DNA from: Azolla caroliniana
Lineage: Eukaryota; Plantae; Polypodiophyta
Length of the DNA stretch: 64,000 nt
Assembly (NCBI GenBank): GCA_043228905.1
Contig: JBHGNT010000001.1
Location: forward strand, 11,904,001-11,968,000
Reading direction: 5' to 3'
This document shows, piece after piece, positions 24,190 to 37,654 of the stretch; position 1 is the first letter of the stretch, and each line of letters begins with the position of its first letter. The notes below the pieces were generated by a model. That model searched no databases and was not told the DNA's origin. It saw nothing but the letters and a program-made list of their open reading frames with translations. Both the position numbers and the translations under genes were made by a program.

Positions 24190-24812
24190 ACATTCTGTTA
24201 GATGGATGGAGATTTATTTCTCGAAGCAATGTGATGTTATGCCCACCACTGGAAGGTTACATTTGTCAGATAACTTCACTCGTCATGAGGTATACCAAGC
24301 CTATAAGGATGACATGTTATTGGAAAGTTGACTTATATACAATATCGACATTTTAATCATTTATGGAGATCAAAGTTTAACAATGTGGTCATACCCAGCA
24401 AGGTCCGGATGGGTGTTTGTTTGATCTGCGCAAGTTTAAAAAGCTTGGCAAAGAGTGGGACAACAGATGAAGAAATAAAAAAATATAAGACTTCATTGAG
24501 AGAACATCGAGAAAGCCAAGCGTTGGAAAGATCTAAAGCTATGCACCATCGTCAAAAAGCGATTCAATCACCAGAAAGATACATGTTCTTGATTATAGAT
24601 GGGATGGATCAGAAGAAAACTTGTTTGCCACATTTTCGAAGGTTTCCCAAGGATATTGGAGATCAATGCCTAGTGCAGATGCACTTAGTAGGATGTCTTT
24701 TGTACTTTCAGACTTATCCACATATCCACACCGACCCTAATCTTACAGTTACAATCATGCAAAGAGTTCTGCAGAGTTGGCAAGGTTTACTCCCACCAAT
24801 ACTATACGTGCA
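24190..24812 (+). pseudogene. Sola-like DNA transposase fragment, truncated at the 3' end
   Basis: Upstream frame WMEIYFSKQCDVMPTTGRLHL..VYQAY, then CLIC..H..ER, IIDGMDQKKTCLPH, HLVG, NLTVTI and LPPILYVQ; cut just before the expected second Asp by copia RT sequence. Confidence 0.7.
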
Positions 24813-25194
24813 ACAACCGGCACACCAAGTTCTCCTTTCCTTTCTTCACGAATCGTTCCGGTTGTTGCATGTAGATCTCTTCTTCGAGGTCACTGTGCAG
24901 GAACACCATCTTGACGTCTAATTGCTCGACATCAAGGTCCATGCTTGCCGCAATGCTCAACACAGTTCGGATGGACGTCATCTTGACTACCAGGAAAAAG
25001 ACCTCGTCGAAATCCACTCCTTTCTTCTATTGAAACCCCTTTACCACGATCTAGGCTTTGTACCTTGGTGGGTTTTAGGTGTCTCCCGGTTTTAGCTTGT
25101 ACACCCACTTGTTCCTGTTGGGAGACAGGTCCCTCCGGATGGGAAGGGAGAAGAACAGTGCCGATGAACAAACTCGGCCGAGGCCGAAACCGTT

Positions 25195-25461
25195 TGAGGA
25201 GAACCCGGCTACGGAGAGCCGGATGATACAGACCCGGTGAAGACCGGATGAGGAGTACCCGGCTACGGAGAGCCGGATGATACAGACCCGGTGAAGACCG
25301 GATGAGGAGAACCCGGCTACGAAGAGCCGGATGATACAGACCCGGTGAAGACCGGATGAGTACCCGGCTACGGAGAGCCGGATGATACAGACCCGGTGAA
25401 GACCGGATGAAGAGTACCCGGCTACGGAGAGCCGGATGGTGCAGACCCGGTATGAACCGGA
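25195..25461 (+). repeat. 5 x 54-bp CCGG-rich tandem repeat in U3 of copia D (copy at 30084-30350)
   Basis: Unit tgaggagtacccggctacggagagccggatgatacagacccggtgaagaccgga; one unit is 51 bp. Confidence 0.95.
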
Positions 25462-25948
25462 TGAAGAGACATATTCGTAAATATGTTTTCTGAGAGTTCA
25501 TCGAGGCTATATTTGTAAATAGGCGAAAAGTCATATTAGTATAAATATGACTTAGGGCAAACTTTTAGTGGTGGTTGTCATTTTCTGTTTTGCACGAGAT
25601 TAGTGTGTGTAACTGTACAAAGAGAGAGAGAGAGAGAGAGAACGAGGTCGTTACCTCTGTTTTAACCGCCGCCTGTGGCGAAGATTGTGAGCACGAGGTT
25701 GTTGCCTCCGTGAACTCACTGTTTGTACATTCCAATATAGTGATAGTTTGCAGCCTGTGGGTTGCCGTGGTTTTTCCCTCAGTTTGGGTTTTCCACGTAA
25801 ACATCTTGTCTACCTTTTCCCTCCTTTGTGTCGTGCATTTTATTTCCCGTTTTCTGTGTATGATCCTAAGCTCGGTTGCGGCCGAGCGTTGCGCATAAGG
25901 AACGTTGAGTTCCCGTCAAGTGGTATCAGAGCAAAATCGACACAGAAA

Positions 25949-28900
25949 ATGGACGGATCGTTCGGCGGCATGTTCGAGCTCACCGGCTCCAACTATTTAG
26001 TGTGGAAGTCGAAGATGAGAGACATGCTCGTGGTTAAAGATCTTTGGCTACCGGTTCAGTTCGGGGACAAGAGACCGGACAAGATCGGCGCCACAATATG
26101 GGAAGTGATGCACATGAAGACAATGGCGTACATACGGTGCTTCATCGACATGAGCCTATACAACAACTTCAATGAAGAGAGCAAGGCTCATGAGCTCTGG
26201 GAGAAGATCGGCATAATGTTTCAGAACAAAAATGTTGTCAATCAGGTGTCGGTATTCCGGAAGCTAGTAAGACTCTGGTACCAAGATGGCTCCAGCATGG
26301 CAGAGCACATGAATGCCTTCCAGGGGCTGATCCACCAGGCAACTTCATTGGAAGTACCTCTCGCTGATGAGGTACTAGCGCTACTCCTGCTCGGTTCCCT
26401 CCCGGATAGCTGGGAGACGTTGGTTGTCACTTTGGGCAACGCCGGGCTGGAAGGCAAGCGGTTATCCCTAGTAAGAGTAAAGTCGAGCTTGCTGGATGAG
26501 GAGGCGCGTCGGAAAGATAAGGATACGAGCTCCGACTCCAAAGCGCTCCTTACCGAATCGGAACGCGGAAGACATAGAAACCGTAGTCCCCAGACCCGGG
26601 AGAAGTCGGGGACACGGTCAAAGTCAAGGGGGAGGCCTACTTGCTTCTATTGCGGCAAGCCGGGACACTTCCAGAAGAACTGTCGGCATTTCTGTAAAGC
26701 CAAGGAAACCGACGGTGCAGATTCGAAGCGGACCCCGGACCGGAATGGTAAGGACCGGAGGGGGCCGGACCGGAAGGGAACGACGGCAATCGCGGCAAGT
26801 GAAGAAGAGTTGATGCTCATCACCGAGGAGAGTGAGATAAACCTTGCCGGCGACGAGATGACCTGGGTGGTAGACTCCGGAGCATCGTTCCACCTTACCC
26901 CGGAGCGGAAATGCTTCTCATCCTACTCAGCCGGTGACCACGGCTGAGTCCGGATGGGGAATGAAGGTACATGCCGAATTGTCGGCATAGGAGACGTGTG
27001 GCTGTCAACACCAACCGGATGCAAGTTGCTGCTGAAAAATGTCCAACACGTTCCAGAGGTTCGTCTGAACCTGATATCAGCCGGTCGGCTAGATGATGAA
27101 GGCTACATGGGTAGCATCCGGAACGGTGTCATGAAGTTCAGCAAAGGGAGCATGATTGTGGCTCGGGCCCGGAAGGTCAACACACTGTACCTGATGAATG
27201 CCCGGTTATGTCCGGAAGAAGTGAACGTGGCATCTGACACTACTGGTGAGCTGTGGCACAAGAGACTGTATCATATGAGTGAGAAGGGGATGAAGAGGCT
27301 TGCAGACGACAACCTCATTCCAGTGAAGATCGTGCACTTAGAGAAGTGCACTGATTGTCTGGCCGGTAAGCAGAATCAGACCTCCTTTCGACCAAGGCCA
27401 CCAATGAGACGTAATGCACCACTAGAGTTGGTGCATACCGATGTGTGTCAAGTAGACACGAAGTCACATGCCGGAGCGCAGTACTTCGTGACGTTCATAG
27501 ATGACCACAGCCAAAAGCTGTGGGCCACACCGTTGAAGACGAAGGATCAGGTGTTATCCGTCTTCAAAGAGCTCCACGCGAGAGTGGAAAGAGAAACCGG
27601 CCGGAAGCTGAAGGCGGTTCGAGCAGATAAAAGAGGAGAATACCGGGGGCAGTTTGAGGAGTACTACCGCTCGAAGGGAATCTGGCTCGAATTTACCGTG
27701 CCGAAGACGCCGGAACTAAACGGACTGGCCAAGAGGATGAACCGGACCATAATGGAGAGGGTCCGGAGTATGCTAGCGCATGCAAAACTACCCAAGAAGT
27801 TTTGGGTTGAGGCATTGTCGACGGCGACATACGTGATAAACAGATCACCCTCAATACCCTTGGACGGAGACATGCCACAAAGAGTGTGGACCGGTAAGGA
27901 AGTATCCTACCGGCATCTGAAGGTGTTCGGGTGTCTCGCGTACGTGCATGTAGCAAAGGACCGGAGAGGAAAGTAAGATCCAAAGACCCGGCCATGCATA
28001 TTCCTCGGTTACGGTGACGATGAGTTCGGCTACCGAGTGTGGGACCCGGTCGACAAGAAGGTATTCCGGAGTCGAGATATTATCTTCATGGAGGACAAGA
28101 TGCTCACTGACTGGGAGTCGGAGAAGAAGATAATGAACTCCGAGTCGACCGGTAAGGATCGACTCTACGATCAGCAGACCCAACCGGCGAGAGACCGGTT
28201 AGCACTCGAAGAACCAGCCGGTTACGGTGAGGATACCGAACAAGCTGAAGAAGAAGTAGAGGAAGCTGAGACCGGAACCGACCTAGACCCCGAATCGGAT
28301 TCGGATGAAGAGCAAATGGAGGAGCCGGTTACCGAAGCCCGAAGACGGAGATATCCTCTTAGAGAGAGAAGGGCCCCCCGGAGATTTCCGGATGCAGAGC
28401 ATGTTCTGTTGACCGATGAGGGGGAGCCGGAAAGCTTCGAAGAAGCGAAGGATGACACCTACAATAGAAAATGGTTAAGTGTCATGCAGGATGAGATGGA
28501 TTCCCTGCATGAGAACCATACGTACGAAGTGGTGGAGTTGCCGAAAGGAAAGCGGGCACTCCGAAACAAGTGGGTGTACAAGTTGAAATCGGGAGATGTC
28601 GGCAACCCCCGAGATACAAAGCCAGGATTGTGGTGAAGGGGTTCAAGCAGAAGAAGGGCGTGGACTTCGACGAGATATTTGCCCCGGTAGTAAAGATGAC
28701 CTCCATCCGAACAGTGCTGAGTATAGCAGCAAGCATGGACCTCGAGGTAGAGTAGCTGGACGTGAAGACGGCATTCATTCACGGCGACCTCGGAGAGGAG
28801 ATCTACATGCAGCAACCGGAAGGATTCATGGAAAAAGGGAAGGAGCACCTGGTATGCCGGTTGAAGAAGAGCCTGTACGGACTGAAGCAGGCTCCCCGAC

Positions 28901-29994
28901 AATGGTACCGGAAGTTCGATTCCTTCATGACCGATCAAGGGTACCACAAGACACAGGCCGATCACTGTGTGTTTGTGAAGAAGTTCGAAGGAGGCGACTT
29001 CCTAATACTCCTTCTGTACGTGGATGACATGTTGATCGTCGGACATGACCAAGTCAAAATACGGATGTTGAAGAAGGCTCTCAACCGGACCTTCTCAATG
29101 AAAGACTTGGGTCCGGCAAGACAGATGTTGGGGATGCACATCATCCGGAACCGGTCAGCGAAGCAATTATGGCTGTCACAGGAGAAGTATGTGACAAAGG
29201 TGCTTCACCGGTTCAACATGTCAGAAGCGAAATCGGTCGGATCGACACTTCCGGCAAACTGCAAGTTATCCGGCAAGCAAAACCCGAAGACGAAAGCAGA
29301 GAATGCGGATATGATGAAGATTCCATATGCCTCTGCCGTTGGGAGCTTGATGTACGCAATGGTTTGTAGTCGACCGGATATAGGATACGCAGTCGGAGTG
29401 GTGAGCCGGTTCATGAGTAATCCCGACAAGGAGCATTGGAACGCGATCAAATGGATACTCCGGTATTTGAAGGGCACCTCAAATATGTGTCTTCGATTCA
29501 GCTCCGGAAAACCTCAACTGGACGGTTTCACCGATTCGGACATGTCGGCTGATGTGGATACCAGCCGGTCTACATCCGGGTATGTAATGACATATGCAGG
29601 GGGAGCTGTTTCGTGGCAGTCGAGGCTGCAGAAGACGGTTGCATTGTCAACTACGGAGGCGGAGTACATGGCAGTTGTGGAAGCCGGCAAGGAAATTTTA
29701 TGGATGAAGGACTTCATCGGAGAGCTCGGTATACGGCAAGAGGAATACCAACTCTATTGCGACAGTCAAAGTGTCATCCACCTTGCAAAGAATGCGGCCT
29801 ACCATTCCCAGACGAAGCATATCCAGCGGAGGTATCACTGGATCCGGGAAAGAGTAGATGACCAGGAGTTCGCACTAACGAAGATCCACACAGCCGAGAA
29901 CGGGTCAGATATGCTGACCAAAGTGCTGACACCCGATAAGCTGGACGCATGCCGGAAGAGGATCAGACTGGTAAGACACCCCATGCCGGAGTGA
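25949..29994 (+). pseudogene. copia D gag-pol, with three in-frame stops and one frameshift
   Basis: [58 protein letters not shown]; stops at about 26945, 27974 and 28753; frameshift near 28600. Confidence 0.96.
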
Positions 29995-32900
29995 AGGGCG
30001 AGTTTGTTGGGAGACAGGTCTCTCCGGATGGGAAGGGAGAAGAACAGTGCCGATGAACAAACTCGGCCGAGGCCGAAACCGTATGAGGAGAACCCGGCTA
30101 CGGAGAGCCGGATGATACAGACCCGGTGAAGACCGGATGAGGAGTACCCGGCTACGGAGAGCCGGATGATACAGACCCGGTGAAGACCGGATGAGGAGAA
30201 CCCGGCTACGAAGAGCCGGATGATACAGACCCGGTGAAGACCGGATGAGTACCCGGCTACGGAGAGCCGGATGATACAGACCCGGTGAAGACCGGATGAA
30301 GAGTACCCGGCTACGGAGAGCCGGATGGTGCAGACCCGGTATGAACCGGATGAAGAGACATATTCGTAAATATGTTTTCTGAGAGTTCATCGAGGCTATA
30401 TTTGTAAATAGGCGAAAAGTCATATTAGTATAAATATGACTTAGGGCAAACTTTTAGTGGTGGTTGTCATTTTCTATTTTGCACGAGATTAGTGTGCGTA
30501 ACTATACAGAGAGAGAGAACGAGGTCGTTGCCTCTGTTGTAACCTCCGCCTGTGGCGAAGATTGTGAGCACGAGGTCGTTGCCTCCGTGAACTCACTGTT
30601 TGTACATTCCAATATAGTGATAGTTTGCAGCCTGTGGGTTGCCGTGGTTTTTCCCTCAGTTTGGGTTTTCCACGTAAACATCCTGTCTACCTTTTCCCTC
30701 CTTTGTGTCGTGCATTTTATTTCCCGTTTTCTGTGTATGATCCTAAGCTCGGTTGTGGCCGAGCATTGCGCATAAGGAACGTTGAGTTCCCGTCAGTTCC
30801 GAAGCGCTCTCTTTCCTTTCGACATCTATGTCAATTCATATATGTGGTTCTCATGCAGGGAATCCATCTTGTCCTGCATGGCACTTAACCCCTTGCGTTT
30901 GTGGGTGTCTTTCTTTGCTTCTTCGAAGCTTTCCGGCTCCCCCTCGTCGATTAGCAACACATGCTCTGTATCCGGATATCCCCGTCCTTGATTTTCGACC
31001 ACCAGTTCCTCCATTTGTTCTTCATCTGAATCCTATTCGGGGTCTTGTCCGGTTCTCGTGTCCACTTCATCTTCTTCTTTGGTTGATTCGGTTTCGAGTG
31101 TCATCCGGCTTCCGGCTGGATGGGTCCTTGTAACTTTCGATCGATCTCTGTCGGTTGACCCGTAGTCCACTATCTTCTTCTCCGACTCCCAGTCGGCAAT
31201 AGTCTTGTCTTCCATGAAGATTATGTCTCGACTCCGGAAGACCTTCTTGTCGACCAAGCCCCACACTCAATACCCGGACTCATCATCACCGTATCCAAGG
31301 GATATGCATGGTCGGGACTTCGGATCCAATTTCGCTCTCTTGTCCTTTGCAACATGCACGTAACCGAGACAACCGAACACCTTTACATGTCGGTAAGACA
31401 TGTCTTTACCGGTCCATACTCTTTGTGGTGTGTCTCCTTCCAAGGGTGTTGAGGGTGATCTGTTTATCACATAGATTGTTGTCATCAGCGCCTCAGCCCA
31501 CAACTTCTTGGGTAACTTTGCATGTGTTAGCATGTCCCCGACTCTCTCAATTACTGTCTGGTTCATTCTCCCGGCCAGCCCATTCAATTCCGGTGTCTTT
31601 GGCATGGTGAATTCGAGTCGGATTCCCTTCGACTAGCAGTACTCCTCGAACTGCCCCCGGTATTCTCCTCCGTTGTCCGCTCGAATCGCCTTCAGCATCC
31701 GGCCGGTTTCCCTTTCCACTCTTGCGTGGAAGTTCCTGAAGATGGATAGTACGTGGTCCTTCGTCTTCAACGGTGATACCCACAACTTCCGAATGTGGTC
31801 ACCTATGAATGTCACAAAGTACTGCTATCCGGCATGTGCCTTCGTGTCCACTTGACACACATCGGTATGCACTAGCTCCAGCAGTGCGTTCCATCTCATC
31901 AATGGTCTTGTTTGGAAGGAGGTTCAGTTTACTTGCCAGCCAAGCAGTCGGTGCACTTCTCAAGTTGCACGTCCTTCATCTCCGGAATGAGGTTGTCCTC
32001 GGCAAGTCTCTACATCCCCTTCTGGCTCATCTGACATATTCTCTTGTGCCACAACTCACCAGCAATGTCAGATGCCACGTTCACTTCTTCCCAACATGTC
32101 CGGGCATGCATCAAGTACAGTGTGTTAATCTTCCAGGCTCGGGCCACGATCAAGCTTCCTTTGTTGAACTTCATGACTTCATTCCGAATGCTACCCATGT
32201 AGCCTTCATCATCTAATCGACTGGCTGATATAAGGTTCAACCGAACCTCCAAAACGTGTCGAACATCCTTCAACAGCAACCTGTACCTAGTTGATGTCGT
32301 CAACCACACATCTCCTATCCCAACAATTCAGCATGCACCTTCATTCCCCATCCGGACAGAACCGTTGTCGCGGTATTCCGCGGGTATGTGTAGAAAGGGG
32401 CAAGACCACGAGGGTCTCAGACGAGGAAGCGATGGGTGTCGTAAGCCAACTTCTCTCCAGTCCTGACTGCACTAGTTGTGGCGCAAACCGGAGCGATTCC
32501 GGACGCGTACCGGTGACTTCCAAACACAAAAAAGGAAGAGAGAGAGCACGCACGCAACACCGACACAACACATGCCTCTTATGTATAGGAAACAAAGGGA
32601 AAGAAACGCACCCGACACCAACATAGACACAAATATGCACAACCCTTTATATATATGATTACAAGAGTGAGTTACAACTTCGGCTCCGAGCCGGACTGAG
32701 GTAGGCTAGGTCACAATAGCAGTCTGCCGCCATGCCGCGGTCGGGGAGCTCTCGGGCTCGTTGCGCCGAGCAGGGTCTTGCACAAGAGGCCGAGCAAAAG
32801 TAAACCCCCACAGAACATACAAGCTCTTCACCGGGCTAATACCCTAAATAGACACGAAGGGGTAGAAGAAGAAGAAGAAACCAAGACGAAACCCTAAAAT

Positions 32901-34613
32901 GAAATAGGGTGAAGACCAAAGTAAAAACCCTAAGGGAACAAGAATAAGATGAAGAGGAAGAACACTACCAAACCCTAGACCTAAGTGGTATACCCTCCTA
33001 ACTCAAAATGGGCAACCCCTTTTACAAAGGGCACTCCCTTGATTTTATAGAACAAGGAGAGGGATGCGTAACAATGTGGGATAAATCCTCCCCCTTATTC
33101 TATACATCGTTTCCTACTATACATGCGCACATGTTGCACACCACCGACTTGCCCATTCCACCCCGGTTTCACACTATAGCCGGAAATCTTCACGACATCC
33201 ACCCCCACCAAACCGCACATCCATCGGTATGTGCCAAGAAAGGAAAGGGGTGAGAGATCTCGGCGACGGTGATTAACCGGGTCCTCCGCCTTACCGGCAC
33301 CTGACCGTCTCATCGGCTCCTTATCGGTTCCGCCCATATCCGGCATTCGCGCCTTCTTCCCCGATCGGTCCTCCCGAACACCGTTACCGATACGGTCACC
33401 CCTCCTTTATCCGCCGCGTATGTTCTCCGTTCGCACCCCTGGTCACTTCGGTTGTACGTCGGATTCCGCGCCTTGCGTGTCGCGCATGTCCCTCCGTTGG
33501 TTCGATCGTCTCCGCGTGCCAACTCTCTCCGCTCCGCGCTCGCCTTTCGTCGGCTCTTCTTGTGTGCCATTATCGTTCCCTGAATGCGCGTTCGTTCTTC
33601 AGTTCTTAGGTGACCCCAATACGCGCTCCTTGTTCCTTCTATGGTCGTCGTGTTGTGTGGTGTCTTCCGCCTTTGCTGAACGTCGTCCTGTACCCGTGCT
33701 TGCTTCGGCCCTCGATGGCCACTCGCACGTCTCTTGTTCCGCTTTTGGGTGTGCCCTTTCTGGCTTGGCACACCGCTCCGTAACTGGGTGTTCCCGGCAG
33801 CTTACCGAAAGATCACCCTTCCCGTGTCCCGGCCCGCATGGCCTCCTTCGTTCACGTAACACCTCGCTTGGTCGGTGCCTCTCTTGTTGCCGCCTTCATC
33901 CCCTTGCCGCCACCTTCCATTACCCTCCGTCTCACGTTGCCACGTCGGCCGAATAGCCGGGGTCTCCGAGCAGGTGTGAAGGATCTTTCTCGGGCCTCCA
34001 TTTTGCTGGGTCACCGACTCGTGTGCCAAGCACGTCCAGTCATTGTCTTGCCGACTTTGTCAGTCGGACCCGTATCCGGTTCGTAGCTGCCTCATACTCC
34101 TCTCGCTCTGCTTCCCGTCGTCCAATCAAGTTCTCCTACCGCCACCGTCCTTCTCTCTAGGTCTCACGCCAACTCTCGTCGCCGACTACCGGAGTCTCTG
34201 AATCGGTGTGAGTGTCTTCGTGGGACCTCCCCTTTGCCGTTTTCGGTTGCCCGCCTTGCCGTTGCCACCATTCTTCTCTCTAGGTCTCACGCCGGCTCTC
34301 GTTGCCGGCTGCCGAAGTGTCTAGATCCGGTGTGTGTAAGGTCGCGGCAGCACCGCTTGCCATTTTCTTCTCACCATAGTCTCGACCTTCGTGTCGGCCT
34401 CTTGTGTTGGTCACGTTCACCTACCGCCACCATCCTTTCCTATAGGACTCATGCCAGCTCTCAAGCCGACCGCCGGATCGGTGTGAGGATCTCCGTAGAC
34501 CACCCATCCGCAATCCTTTGCCTTCGTCCCCTCGCCGCCACTGTTCGTCACTCTAGGTTTCACGTCGGCTCTCAGGCCGACCGCCAGAGTCTCTAAAACC
34601 CATGTGAAGGATC

Positions 34614-35239
34614 TGTTGGTAGACAGGTCCCTCCGGATGGGAAGGGAGAAGAACAGTGCCGACGAACAAACTCGGCCGAGGCCGAAACGGTATGAACCGG
34701 ATGGGGAGAACCCGACTTCGGAGAGTCGGATGGTGTAGGCCCGGTATGAACCGGATGAGGAGTACCCGACTGCAGAGAGTCGGATGGAGCCCATCGAGGC
34801 TACATTTGTAAATAGCCGAAGAGTCATATTAGTATAAATATGACTTAGGGCAAACTTTTAGTTTTTTTAGTGTAGTAGTTGTCGTTGTGTGATGATTCTT
34901 TTTGCTGGTGCAAGAAGAAATCAGAGCGCGTAACTGTACAGAGAGAGAGAGAGAGAGAGAGACGAGGTCGTTGCCTCTGTTGTAACCGCCGCCTGTGGCG
35001 AAGATCTGAGAGCACGAGGTCGTTGCCTCAGTGATCTCACTGTTGTATATTTCTACATAGTGACAGTTTGCAGCTTGTGGGCTGCCGTGGTTTTTCCCCT
35101 ATTTTGGGGTTTTCCACGTATACCTCCTGTGTACCATTTCTCCTCTTTTGTGTCGCGTTTCATTACCTGTTATTCTGTGTATGTAAAGAATCTCGGTTGT
35201 GGCCGAGCGTCGGACATAAGGAACGTCTAGTTCTCAACA
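34614..35239 (+). mobile_element. Solo LTR of the copia D family inside F
   Basis: TGTTG..CAACA termini; perfect TSD GGATC; high similarity to 25116-25918. Confidence 0.95.
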
Positions 35240-37654
35240 GGATCCTCCTTGGGCTTGTCGTATATCAGGCCCTTATCCTTGGTCATCTTTCTTCGCAAGT
35301 TGAGAAGGTGGCTCGCTCCACACCCTCTCCCGTGGTACCGACGTACTGTGTTCCCAGCCTCTTCGTAGGCCTACTCTCTCCTCCCTCTCCGGATTGGTTA
35401 TCCAGAAGTCCACTCCGCCCCGTTCTCGTCCAAGTCTCCGTCCGCCATTATCTGGATTTCCAGGTCCCATTCTCCTGCCGCCACCATCAATATCTTGGTC
35501 TTACGTCAGATCCGATGCCGACCGCCGAAGTCTCTAGATCCGGTATGAGGTGACCCATAGGACTGGACTGGTCTTAGCTCTCTGCTTCGTCCCTTGTACT
35601 TCTCCCGAACTCGTCGTCACTCTCCTTGTTGTGCTCCCGCCTCCATCTTCCATCTCTTCCAGTCTCACGTTGCCACGCCGACCAAACTGCTGAAGTCTCC
35701 GGTCAAGATGTGAGGACACCGATTTCGTAACGACTCTTGACGATTCCTCCGGGGCCACCGACCCTTTTAGGGGTGTCGGTGGAAGCATCCGCTCTATGAT
35801 CGATCAAGCCCCGCATGGGCTTGATTCTCCAATGTCCAGAGTCTCGGCTTCGATGTCGATCCTGCCAGACTACTTCCGCACCCTCGATCATCTTCCTTTC
35901 GATTCCCGACCTTCGCCGGGTCCGTCTTTCTCCCCATGTAAAAGAGTGCGGCTCGTTCCTCACCCTCTCCCGTATCGGCACCTTCACGCCGATTCTGGCC
36001 CCTGTCGAACAATCCACGACCGGATCGCGCTCCACCCGAATCGGAGTGCCGCGCGGTTCGGTCCCCGGTCGGGTCGTTTCTTCACTGGCATTTCCCATCC
36101 ATCTTCACTGGCATCGTGCCAGGACTCCTTGATACCGTCATCCATCTCCTCGATCTCACGTGGGCGTAAGGGCCCGAATGCCGAGTTCTTCGGAATTGAT
36201 TCTGAGGGCTCTTGTCCGTTCCTTCCTCATATCGTCTCACCGGCGATTCTCGGTCTCATGCCGCCACCTTCCCCCTCTTCGGACTCACGTGGGCACTCGG
36301 GCCCGACTGCCATCGTCTCGGGAGCAAGCGTTGGAAGACGCATAGAATCGCCCGTCCTATTTTTGCCCATGTTCGTAGCCACCAGCTCCTCGTGGTCGGT
36401 GGCCGTTTTCTTCCCGATCGCGCAAGCCCTTCCTAGGCTTGCTTCTCCAATGTCCGAAGTTTCGGGCTGACGTGCCCGAAACCGCCGGTCCCAATCGTTC
36501 CGATTCTTCGATCGGTATCTCAGCCTTGTCCTCGGTTGTTCTATCTCCACAAGTCGAGAGGGCGTTTTGTTCCGCACCCTCTCCCATGGTACCGTGGTAC
36601 CAATCTTCTGCCATCTCGTGGGGCAAGTTCGTCTCCTCGGCTTCGGCTTGCGGCCTCGATCTTTCCTCTTCCTCAAGCATTGCCTCGAGAGCTGCATACG
36701 CCTTCGCAATCCTGGCCCCGAAGCCGAGCCTTGCCGACTCTCTTTGTCGTTCAACCTCTTCCCGTTGTGATGGCGCGTCGTCGCGCGCCTTCCTCCCAGC
36801 CTTCTCGGCTCGCTCGTCATCTAGCCGTCGGCATACCCTTCCGACCTTCGACCAGTCCTCCGTAAGGCCATTCGCTCCGTCCTCGTCTTCAAGCTCAATC
36901 CTGATGGCCTCTCATTCCGCTCGGTCGATCGACCTAACGAACAACAGGGCTTTGTCCGCCCCCACCAAACCTTGCTCCCGCTCCGGGAGCCGAGCAAGCC
37001 GTCGCTCGAACTCTCGGAACACCTTCATTGCGCCCCGGTGGGTCTTCGCTGATGCCACCCACTGGTCGAAGCCGCGTCATCCCCGGCTCTTCCACCATCC
37101 TCCATATGCCTACAGGAGCACCTCTTCGAAGGCCTCCCACGAACTATGAGCTTCTCGGAGCTCCTTCACTTCCACGTGCATGCGGACGGCGACGACCCAA
37201 CAAAAGAACCCCAGCCTCAACGCCTCCTCTACGCCTCGCTCCTCCAAATTTCCGCGTTGTAGGCTTCCAAGTAGAATGGGATGTTGTCCCTATTGAAACG
37301 GCTGACTCTTTCGACCACTCGCTCAACAGCTTGTTGCGCCGTCTCTCTTCCTGTTGTTGTTGGTCCAAACTCCCTCACCGCTTCGACAAAAAGTTGCGTG
37401 AAGTCGTCTTCTTCCAACTCCATTCTCCCTTGCCGCCCTTTCACGTCGGGTTCACCAAAGATGTCGCGGTATTCCGCGGGTACATGTAGAAAGTGGTGGG
37501 ACCACGGGGATCTCGGACGAGGAAGCGATGGCTGTCAGAAGCCAACTTCTCTCCCGTCCCGACTGCACTGGTTGTGGCGCAAACCGGAGCGATTCTGGAC
37601 GCGTACTGTCGGCTTCCAAACACAAAAAAGGAAGAGAGAGAGCACGCGCGCGCG

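Larger units (their letters stand above)
25116..30795 (+). mobile_element. Ty1/copia D (Tork/Tnt1-like), full length and apparently the youngest element
   Basis: LTRs 25116-25918 and 30005-30795 nearly identical; perfect TSD GTTCC; PBS TGGTATCAGAGC at 25921-25932; PPT before 30005. Confidence 0.98.

Noticed and set aside
25195-25461. CRISPR-like array
   Set aside because: Units are contiguous with no unique spacers, duplicated in both LTRs, in eukaryotic context with no cas genes.
24932-25534. 200-aa repeat protein ORF (also 29905-30423)
   Set aside because: Antisense read-through of the 54-bp LTR array. It crosses the LTR boundary into different flanks, and the frame is not kept in the related solo LTR.
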